Position numbers and translations under genes: made by a program. From Candidatus Latescibacterota bacterium (lineage in GTDB: Bacteria; Latescibacterota; Latescibacteria; Latescibacterales; Latescibacteraceae), in the NCBI GenBank assembly GCA_041690195.1, contig JAWLHT010000092.1, forward strand, positions 1 through 16,826: 16,826 nt of DNA, given 5' to 3'. The stretch's first letter is position 1. Each line of letters begins with the position of its first letter. Of this stretch, positions 7,810-14,151 are shown piece by piece. The notes under the pieces were generated by a model, which saw nothing but the letters and a program-made list of their open reading frames with translations, ran no database searches and was not told where the DNA came from.

Positions 7810-7831
7810 GGAGCAGTTCCTTTTCCTGTTC

Positions 7832-7861
7832 AATATACGCGCGGCACCACCTCTATGTCAA
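7832..7861 (-). promoter_or_regulatory. Sigma70-type promoter of the MarR gene: -35 TTGACA (7861..7856), 18-nt spacer, -10 TATATT (7837..7832)
   Basis: Read on the minus strand: TTGACA-tagaggtggtgccgcgcg-TATATT. It is followed ~20 nt later by the SD and ATG 7809. It sits in an AT-rich divergent intergenic region. Confidence 0.55.
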
Positions 7862-7942
7862 CACTATAAATATATATCAATACTTATCTATATGCAAAAC
7901 GTATACGCTCCGATCAGCCTCAAAATTCATTTATGATTTCAC

Positions 7943-7971
7943 TTGACACCCCAATATGACTGTACTACCTT
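7943..7971 (+). promoter_or_regulatory. Sigma70-type promoter of the GntR gene: -35 TTGACA (7943-7948), 17-nt spacer, -10 TACCTT (7966-7971)
   Basis: The -35 hexamer is consensus. The -10 keeps the T1, A2 and T6 positions. It lies 64 nt upstream of ATG 8035 and is overlapped by two GT-N3-AC boxes. Confidence 0.4.
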
Positions 7972-7987
7972 ATTATTACAGTACCAC
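7962..7987 (+). promoter_or_regulatory. Two direct GTAC(T/C)AC boxes (GT-N3-AC, GntR-type operator half-site pattern) spaced 19 bp apart over the -10 and TSS of the GntR gene
   Basis: tGTACTACc at 7962-7968 and aGTACCACa at 7981-7987. Most GntR-family operators follow (N)GT-Nx-AC(N). A position overlapping its own promoter suggests autoregulation. Confidence 0.3.
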
Positions 7988-8034
7988 AGGAGCCTCCGGA
8001 CACATCGTCCGGAATTCACTGTTCCGAGGCTGCC

Positions 8035-8439
8035 ATGACCGAACATTTCGACCCCAACCGTCCCATCTACCTCCAGGTTATGGAGGAGATCAAGCGCCGC
8101 GCCGTCCGGGGCATCTACCGTCCAGGCGACCTGCTCCCCTCGGTGCGCGACCTGGCCCGGGAAACCGGGGTCAATCCCAACACCATCGCCCGGGTATACC
8201 TCGAACTTGAGCGCGAGGGGTTCATCTCCACCCGGCGAGGCCAGGGGACCTACCTCACCGGGGATGTTTCCCGAATTGACGCGGAGCGCGGCCGTATGGC
8301 GGCCGAGGCGGCCGACCGCTTCATCGCCGAAATCCGCGGTCTAGGGCTCGACGATAGCACCGTCACCGATGTACTCGAACATATGGGGAGCGCGCTCGGC
8401 ACGGCAAAACCCGCGCCCTCAGCCGGGAAGAAGAAATGA
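8035..8439 (+). CDS. GntR-family transcriptional regulator, short YtrA-like subfamily (134 aa)
   Basis: N-terminal GntR wHTH (IYRPGDLLPSVRDLARETGVNPNTIARVYLELEREGFISTRRGQGTYL) followed by a short two-helix C-terminal region typical of YtrA-type regulators. GAGG SD 6 nt upstream of the ATG. Confidence 0.85.
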   Translation: MTEHFDPNRPIYLQVMEEIKRRAVRGIYRPGDLLPSVRDLARETGVNPNTIARVYLELEREGFISTRRGQGTYLTGDVSRIDAERGRMAAEAADRFIAEIRGLGLDDSTVTDVLEHMGSALGTAKPAPSAGKKK

Positions 8440-8548
8440 CATGCTTGGAGAAAAAAGGCACGATACGCGCGATTCGGGGATAACTGAAGGCAGGATTTGA
8501 AGAGAGCTGAAGAATCATTACTTCGGCGGGTTTTCACGCCATAGCTGT

Positions 8549-8692
8549 ACAAGAATTTGTGTGGACCACCACAATCGAATCGTTCCGATTCGACTTGAGG
8601 CCCCGGAGAAGCATAATGAACTCCCGGTGAACTGCCCCTCCTGATCTTTCATCGGCTTTTATCATATGCATCACACGCATCATAATTCAGAC
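8549..8692. repeat. Degenerate second copy of the same MITE-like element (about 70-75% identity by eye, same orientation)
   Basis: GGACCACCACAATCGAATCGTTCCGATTCGACTTGAGGCCCCGG (8563-8606) matches GGACCACCCCAATCGAATCGTACCGATTCGGTTGGGGACCCCGG of the complete copy. The right end CGCATCATAATTCAGAC (8676-8692) matches CGCATCCCAATTCAGAC. The left TIR is eroded (aaGAATTtGtgtGG against ctGAATTgGgatgcgcgGG). Internal segments share ttttcatc.g..ttt.atcat blocks. The stem shows compensatory-looking differences between copies. Confidence 0.45.
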
Positions 8693-8736
8693 AGATTATT
8701 ACCGCTGTCAACAGGGATGGCGCAAACATTACCCCC

Positions 8737-9351
8737 TCACCCCATCCACACCCGGACGGCGTCGAGGAGGAATTTGCCGCTGAAGAAGATGAGGAAGACG
8801 CCGCAGACCGCGAGCACGACCTTCTGGAAGATCGCGCCGAAGACCGCGCCGCCCCGGTGTGAGGCCGCGGAGAGGAAATAGAGCCAGACGAGGTCGCAGC
8901 ACCAGTGAACGAGGGCGAAGAGGAGAAACCCCGCGAGGCCGTAGCCCACCGCGCCGGCAATGAGCGTGGCCCCGACTGTGGCCCACCAGACGAGGAAGTA
9001 GGGATTCCAGAGGCTGAGCAGGACGCCGGTGGCGAGGGGCGTCCCGGCGGAGGCGGAAGCCTCGTAGCGGGCGGTCCGGATGCTCCGGAGCATGCCGAGA
9101 CCCATCCAGAAGAGGAAGGCCCCGCCGAGGGCGAACACCGCCATTTTGACTGGGTCCAGGGCGAGCACCCGTCCCGCGCCGAAAAAGATAGCGGCCATGA
9201 GGGGGAATTCCACCAAACCGTGCCCGACCGCGACCATCACCCCGGCATGGGGCGACCGTCCGCCATGCCCGATGGTGACCGCGGTGATGGGCCCGGGCGA
9301 CATCACCCCGGAAAGGGAGATGAGCACGGTCTGGAGAAGAAAAGACAGCAT
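8737..9351 (-). CDS. LysE/RhtB-family amino-acid/metabolite exporter (six-TM translocator)
   Basis: N-terminal ISLSGVMSPGPITAVTIGHG (the SPGP motif of the LysE/RhtB family) and an overall six-helix hydrophobic profile, 204 aa. No clear SD upstream. The gene is bracketed by two MITE-like repeats (listed below). Confidence 0.85.
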   Translation of the reverse strand: MLSFLLQTVLISLSGVMSPGPITAVTIGHGGRSPHAGVMVAVGHGLVEFPLMAAIFFGAGRVLALDPVKMAVFALGGAFLFWMGLGMLRSIRTARYEASASAGTPLATGVLLSLWNPYFLVWWATVGATLIAGAVGYGLAGFLLFALVHWCCDLVWLYFLSAASHRGGAVFGAIFQKVVLAVCGVFLIFFSGKFLLDAVRVWMG

Positions 9352-9390
9352 TGAGAAGTCTCGCGCAGGGTTGGTTCAGGATGGAATACG

Positions 9391-9539
9391 GTCTGAATTG
9401 GGATGCGCGGGACCACCCCAATCGAATCGTACCGATTCGGTTGGGGACCCCGGGATGCATGGGATAAAAAGATGACGAAAGACAAGGCCTTTTCATCAGT
9501 ATTTCATCATGCCTTTATCGCGCGCATCCCAATTCAGAC
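9391..9539. mobile_element. MITE-like non-autonomous element, 149 bp, with perfect 19-bp terminal inverted repeats and an internal 14-bp-stem hairpin
   Basis: Left end GTCTGAATTGGGATGCGCG (9391-9409) is the exact reverse complement of the right end CGCGCATCCCAATTCAGAC (9521-9539). Inside, CCCCAATCGAATCG-tac-CGATTCGGTTGGGG (9416-9446) pairs 13 of 14. No coding capacity. A related copy lies 800 bp away (8549-8692) and a third partial copy at 16570. Confidence 0.55.
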
Positions 9540-9611
9540 AGGCTTTCCCGTTTTTTCGAATCTGATGCAAGATACCCCTTTCTCCTCCGAAACTCAAGGG
9601 GTACCGCACGG

Positions 9612-11201
9612 TCAGCGCGCGCCGGCGGTGACCATCGGCCAATCGTCAGTGCGGAAGGGCACGGCGGGCAGGCCCTCCCGGTTCATGAGAGTGCAATCGG
9701 GGTCGTCGTCCCAGGCATAGCGTACCGCGACCGGCGCGGGAACGGCGTCGCTCCAGACCACGACCTCAGTTCCTTTGAGTTCCGCTTTGGCCCACACGAA
9801 ATTACGGTTCGCGCCCGCAATGGAGAATCCTGTCAGGGACTTGCCGTCCTTCGCGGCAAGACCGCCGCCGTTGCTGGTGAACTTCAGCCGGATTCTGCCG
9901 CCGGCCGCCTCCATGGAGGCGTATACCGGCCCGGAGTGGACGATGTCGCGGCCATAGACCGTCCGGAGCGCCCCGAGGGCCAGACGGCGGCCCACGTCCT
10001 GCTTGTTCCGGGGATGGATGTCCGCGCCCTCGCCGATGTCAATGGCGCAGGCCATGGCGGTGTTGGGGAGGGAAAGGGTCATGGTCTGGGCTTCGCGGAG
10101 TTCGGCCCAGGCGCATTCCACGGGCTGGTCGTGCCGTTTACCGAAGTTGGCGAGCTGGACGAAGAGGAAGGGGAAGTCGCCCTGCCCCCAGGCCGTTCGC
10201 CAGTCGGCGATCATGGCCGGGAACAGGGTGCGGTACTGCTCGGCGCGCCCGGCATTGGACTCGCCCTGATACCAGATCGCCCCCCGGATGGCGAAGGGAA
10301 CCAGCGGCGCGATCATGGCGTTCCAGGACCAGCCCGGCTCGGAGGGGGCGAAGGAGACCTTCACCGGCTCAACCGGCTGACCGTCGGGAAACGGCAGGAT
10401 GGGCTTCCCGGCATAGAGGACATGGTGGACATCCTCTTCCCATTCGCGGACGCGACGGTGCCAGGCCAACATCTCGGGGGTCTTCGCTCTGATGGCGGGG
10501 GCCCAGTGGTCCAGGATGGGACGGAGCTCCGGATGGGCCCGGAGCGCTTCGGGACGGGTCCAGGCCTCGGCGGTGGTGCCGCCCCAGGAAGCGTGGATGA
10601 GTCCCACCGGGACATCCAGCTCACGACGCAGTTCCCGTCCGAAGAAGTAGGCCGCGGCGGAAAAGAGATAGGCCGTGCTCGGACGGCAGGCTTCCCAGCG
10701 TCCCTCGCAGTCCTTCTGGGGCTCGGCGGCGACCTCGTTGGTGATCTGAAAGAGACGCATGGAGCGGTCGAGCGCCCCGGCGACCTCATTGGCGGCATCC
10801 TTCACATGGCAGAGCCGCATTTCCATGTTGGACTGCCCGGAGCACACCCAGACCTCGCCGACGAGAATATCGTCGAGCCGGAGGGTGTTCTTCCCCCGGA
10901 CCACCATCGCGAACGGGCCTCCGGCGGACATTGGCGCGAGCGTGACCTTCCAGGCACTGTCCGCGCCCGCCGTGGCGGTGACGGTCTGTGCGCCGAACGT
11001 GACGGTCACCTTCTCTCCGGGAGCGGCCCAGCCCCACACCGGAACCGGGATTTCCCGTTGGAGCACCATGCGGGACCCGATCACCGAGGGCAGACGCACA
11101 TCGGCAAATGCCCCGGTCACACCAGACAGTATGGTCACCATAAACAGGACCGCACCGCGAAGCCCATCCATTCTCCGGCAGTTCTTCTCCATTCTTCCCA
11201 T
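9612..11201 (-). CDS. Secreted SGNH-type carbohydrate esterase of the sialate O-acetylesterase (SASA/DUF303) family
   Basis: VWVCSGQSNMEMR, the GQSNM catalytic-serine block that defines SASA-type 9-O-acetylesterases, plus ASWGGTTAEAW and WYQGESN blocks. Signal peptide MDGLRGAVLFMVTILSGVTGAFA|DV. The start is set at ATG 11201 (MGRMEKNCRRMDGL...), downstream of the purine-rich SD region GAGGAAAAGAGAG. ATG 11171 and the ORF-track ATG 11297 are alternatives. Confidence 0.8.
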   Translation of the reverse strand: MGRMEKNCRRMDGLRGAVLFMVTILSGVTGAFADVRLPSVIGSRMVLQREIPVPVWGWAAPGEKVTVTFGAQTVTATAGADSAWKVTLAPMSAGGPFAMVVRGKNTLRLDDILVGEVWVCSGQSNMEMRLCHVKDAANEVAGALDRSMRLFQITNEVAAEPQKDCEGRWEACRPSTAYLFSAAAYFFGRELRRELDVPVGLIHASWGGTTAEAWTRPEALRAHPELRPILDHWAPAIRAKTPEMLAWHRRVREWEEDVHHVLYAGKPILPFPDGQPVEPVKVSFAPSEPGWSWNAMIAPLVPFAIRGAIWYQGESNAGRAEQYRTLFPAMIADWRTAWGQGDFPFLFVQLANFGKRHDQPVECAWAELREAQTMTLSLPNTAMACAIDIGEGADIHPRNKQDVGRRLALGALRTVYGRDIVHSGPVYASMEAAGGRIRLKFTSNGGGLAAKDGKSLTGFSIAGANRNFVWAKAELKGTEVVVWSDAVPAPVAVRYAWDDDPDCTLMNREGLPAVPFRTDDWPMVTAGAR

Positions 11202-11240
11202 CTTTTCTCTCTTTTCCTCTCTCTGTATCATCTCCGCGTC
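11183..11240. repeat. Polypyrimidine (plus strand) / polypurine (minus strand) tract, ~58 nt, with a pure 24-nt CT run at 11201-11224
   Basis: ttcttctccattcttcccatcttttctctcttttcctctctctgtatcatctccgcg. On the coding (minus) strand it forms a GA-rich leader and the extended SD of the esterase gene, in the 58-nt gap after the beta-helix gene. Confidence 0.4.
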
Positions 11241-11259
11241 TCTGCGAGAAACATCTTTT

Positions 11260-13284
11260 CTATTTCCGCTTTCTCGGCCCCACGTCCCGCAGGTCAATCG
11301 GCTTGAACCCCATCGCGAAGGCCGGAGAGCCGGGGCGGAGGGTGAAATCCCCCTTTTCCGGGTTCACGAAACGAGGGTCGGCGATGCGGGAATGGATGTC
11401 CTGACCGCGGGCCCGCCAGTCCGAAAACGTCCAGGAGGCGAAACGGACCGAGTCCGCCGGAAGGCCGGGATTCCAGTAGAGATTGGAGTCGAGACGGTAA
11501 CGGTCGTCGGACCAGTTGCTCCCGAGGAGGGGGCCTTCGATCCAGTATACGATGTTACGCTCGAAAGTGAAGCTCAGGTGCGGCTCCATGCGGGTGCGGA
11601 TGACCTGCCCGATGAGGGAATAGGCGAAGATGTTGTTCCGTACGGTGTTCATGCGCCCGTAATGCTGGTGGAACCCACCGGACTTGGTGCGGTAGACAAG
11701 GTTGTTCTCGATGAGGATATGGCTGGAGCCCTCGTCGGTGTAGATTCCCCAGCCGCCGTAGCCGTGGGAGGTGATGTCATGGAAGAGATTATTGCGGATG
11801 ACCGTCCCCGGCTGCACCCCGAGGTTGTAGTTCCCGCCCATGTCGGAGAGCATGCCGCGCCCGATGTGGTGGACATGATTGTATTCGATGACGTTCTCCC
11901 CGGCGTTGGTGGGGCCGTACCCCCAGGTCCAGCCGTTGGAGATGCCGGTATAGTAGGTGTCGTGAATGTGGTTGTGAGCGATGCGGTTCTTCCCGCTCTG
12001 AAAGATGATGATGCCGCAGGCGGCGGGATAGACCTCGCCGATGTGGTGGATATGGCAATCGGAGACGGTGTTCCCGAATGTCTTGTCCGGATCGTCCCGT
12101 CGCACCCGTGGTTCACCGATCTTGACCCCGCCCGCGCCCATGTCGCTGATCTCGCACCCGACAATCCGGATGTCCCGGCAGCCCCGGGCGAACTCGACGC
12201 CGTACTTGCCGTGATGGCGGATGGCGCAGTCCTCCAGAACGATATCCTCCGCAAAGTCGCCGCGGATCACTCCGGGGATGTCATAGGCGGCCTGGACATC
12301 CACATAGCCGTGCTCCGGGAGCGTCCAGTCGGAGTGTTCGAAGGCGATACCCTGCAGGCTGATGCGGGACACCCGCGAACCGGACCCGGAATCCCCCTCG
12401 AACCGGACCAGTTCATCGAGCACCGGCGCGACGACTTCGGCATTCTCCATATCCTCGCCGGGACGGGGGATATAGGACAGAACGCCGCTTGTCCGGTCCA
12501 GGAAGAACTCCCCGGGAGCATCCAGCGCTTCGGGGACATTTTCCACCCAGTACCGGGCATCCTTTTCCCGGTTGGAGGGAGCGCACTTGTGGGAGAGCAC
12601 CGCGATGGACGAATCGGCCTCCACGCTCCGGATAAGCATGCGGAACTCGGCCCAGGACTGGAGCGCGATTACCTCGACATCGCTCCGGGCGGCCCATTCC
12701 GGCCGGATGTCGTCGTTCCGGTACCTGAGCCTGGCGCGGTCGTCCATGGTAATCGAGCCGTCCGCCTGAAAGAATTCGCCCGCGTTGGGGATGCGGGCCC
12801 GGACCGCGCGTTTCCCGTTCACAAAGAGCTGACGGAAACGCCACTCTCCCGATTTCACTTCGGGGATGGCGACAGTCCAGACGCCGTTCTCACCCTTTGC
12901 GAACCCGGTGACCTTCCTCCCGCCACTGACCACTGGCTTCTCATTCCGGTATGCGCGCCAGGTCACCGGGGTTTTCTCCGTACCGGAGTCCTCCGGGGTG
13001 AACACCACCGGCTTGGATATTTCGTACACCCCGCCGCGCAGGTATACCGTCACCGGGGCGGCTTTCCCCGAGGCGTTCAGTTCCCGGACCGCCCGCTGCG
13101 CCCGTTCGATGGTCCGGAAGGGGCCGTCGGAAGCGGAAACCTCCGCCCGCGTACCGCTCCAGGCGTCATCGCCGGAGGGTGAGATGTAGAACGAGGCGCC
13201 GGCTGCAGTCCCGGCGAAAAATGCCGCACAGATGCCGAGCACCGCGAGCGCCCGGACCGGAATACCCCTGAAAATCCGGTACAT
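11260..13284 (-). CDS. Secreted right-handed parallel beta-helix (pectate-lyase fold) protein. It has a DUF1565-like N-terminus and is a probable polysaccharide hydrolase or lyase.
   Basis: Sec signal peptide MYRIFRGIPVRALAVLGICAAFFAGTAAGA. The N-terminal motif FYISPSGDDAWSGT...PFRTIERAQRA is typical of beta-helix/DUF1565 proteins. There are multiple PbH1-like repeats (HNHIHDTYYTGIS, EYNHVHHIGRG, RNNLFHDITSHGYGGWGIYTDEGSSHILIENNLVYRT, VRNNIFAYS). SD GGAGGA lies 8 nt upstream of ATG 13284. The specific CAZy family is not assignable by eye. Confidence 0.75.
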   Translation of the reverse strand: MYRIFRGIPVRALAVLGICAAFFAGTAAGASFYISPSGDDAWSGTRAEVSASDGPFRTIERAQRAVRELNASGKAAPVTVYLRGGVYEISKPVVFTPEDSGTEKTPVTWRAYRNEKPVVSGGRKVTGFAKGENGVWTVAIPEVKSGEWRFRQLFVNGKRAVRARIPNAGEFFQADGSITMDDRARLRYRNDDIRPEWAARSDVEVIALQSWAEFRMLIRSVEADSSIAVLSHKCAPSNREKDARYWVENVPEALDAPGEFFLDRTSGVLSYIPRPGEDMENAEVVAPVLDELVRFEGDSGSGSRVSRISLQGIAFEHSDWTLPEHGYVDVQAAYDIPGVIRGDFAEDIVLEDCAIRHHGKYGVEFARGCRDIRIVGCEISDMGAGGVKIGEPRVRRDDPDKTFGNTVSDCHIHHIGEVYPAACGIIIFQSGKNRIAHNHIHDTYYTGISNGWTWGYGPTNAGENVIEYNHVHHIGRGMLSDMGGNYNLGVQPGTVIRNNLFHDITSHGYGGWGIYTDEGSSHILIENNLVYRTKSGGFHQHYGRMNTVRNNIFAYSLIGQVIRTRMEPHLSFTFERNIVYWIEGPLLGSNWSDDRYRLDSNLYWNPGLPADSVRFASWTFSDWRARGQDIHSRIADPRFVNPEKGDFTLRPGSPAFAMGFKPIDLRDVGPRKRK

Positions 13285-13396
13285 GCTGTTTTTCCTCCGG
13301 TTGTGGATTTCGCGAAAGAACGACTGTCCTGCCGTATCATCCGGAAAGCTAACACAATCGGATTCGGAATGGAAAGCGCTTTTTCCGGAAAACCTC

Positions 13397-13425
13397 TTGA
13401 CGAGGCAAAATGACGCACGTATACT
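13397..13425 (+). promoter_or_regulatory. Sigma70-type promoter of the 13462/14148 operon: -35 TTGACG, 17-nt spacer, -10 TATACT
   Basis: cctcTTGACG-aggcaaaatgacgcacg-TATACTgcg. The spacing is canonical and it lies ~37 nt upstream of ATG 13462. Confidence 0.55.
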
Positions 13426-13461
13426 GCGATAAATGTATTCCAGTTGCAGGGGAATCGGGCC

Positions 13462-14151
13462 ATGCGGTTTTTTACCTCACACTCCATGCCGTTCCTTTGG
13501 ACGGCATTGCTGATCACGGTTGGAACAGTCCTGTCGCTGGCAGAGCCGCCGTCCCCCGGTTCGGACAGCGTGGTCACGGACTTCCGGGCCAATCTGCGCC
13601 CGCTTCCCGCCGAAGCCTCCGGGCCGGTGCGATTCGTTTCGGAAGAAATTGACCTGCGCGTCACCGGGGGCCGGGTTACAGTCACCGGGCGCTATCATCT
13701 CCATTCCGACCTCCCCGAAACCCGCGCCATCCCTCTCGCCTACCCCTTTCCAGTGAATGCCGGGGCCGATTTCCCCGACACCATCCGGGTGTACCAGGGG
13801 AAAGGCCGCATCCCGGTTCCCTTCGAGGAAGACCGGAACGGAGCCGCCGTATTCTTCCGCATCGAGGCCGGACGCAATTTCGAGTTCACCGCCGTCTATT
13901 CCCAAAAGCTCGGGGCGGGCGAGGCCACCTACATCCTGACCACCACCAAAGCCTGGGGCGCGCCGCTCCGGAGCGCACGGTTCACGGTCACCCTGCCGGA
14001 CAGCCTGGTCCCGGTGTTCTGGTCATACCCCCCGGACCGCACCGAGCGGAAAGCGGAGGGAGTCACCATGTATTCCATCCACCGGACGGATTTCCTCCCG
14101 GACCGCGATCTCACCCTCCGCTGGAAACCCCGGAAAGCGAGGACACCATGA
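13462..14151 (+). CDS. Hypothetical exported protein (230 aa, Sec signal peptide), translationally coupled to the downstream T9SS cargo gene
   Basis: ATG 13462 is preceded by GGGGAA with a 7-nt spacer. The ORF track begins at an upstream TTG (13444). Signal peptide MRFFTSHSMPFLWTALLITVGTVLSLA|EPP. The stop TGA overlaps the next ATG (ATGA at 14148-14151). A strong sigma70 promoter lies 30-65 nt upstream. I recognise no family. Confidence 0.6.
   Translation: MRFFTSHSMPFLWTALLITVGTVLSLAEPPSPGSDSVVTDFRANLRPLPAEASGPVRFVSEEIDLRVTGGRVTVTGRYHLHSDLPETRAIPLAYPFPVNAGADFPDTIRVYQGKGRIPVPFEEDRNGAAVFFRIEAGRNFEFTAVYSQKLGAGEATYILTTTKAWGAPLRSARFTVTLPDSLVPVFWSYPPDRTERKAEGVTMYSIHRTDFLPDRDLTLRWKPRKARTP

Noticed and set aside
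8729-9496. 255-aa minus ORF (and 149-aa plus ORF 8905..9354) overlapping the LysE gene
   Set aside because: Arg/Gly/Pro-rich alternative frames of the same GC-rich DNA. The LysE frame has the SPGP family motif and a six-TM hydropathy pattern.
8549-9539. Interpretation of the two hairpin repeats as integron attC sites flanking a gene cassette
   Set aside because: The repeats are shorter than attC. They lack convincing RYYYAAC/GTTRRRY core sites and no intI is present. The complete copy has exact 19-bp terminal inverted repeats, which fits a MITE better.
10759-13182. 807-aa plus-strand ORF (and the 456-aa ORF at 9936..11306), the longest ORFs in the track
   Set aside because: Both are antisense to genes with unmistakable family motifs (GQSNM esterase, beta-helix repeats). 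Their translations are Gly/Asp/Pro/Ala/Arg-rich low-complexity with no domain signatures. This is the typical stop-codon-poor antisense frame of a high-GC gene.
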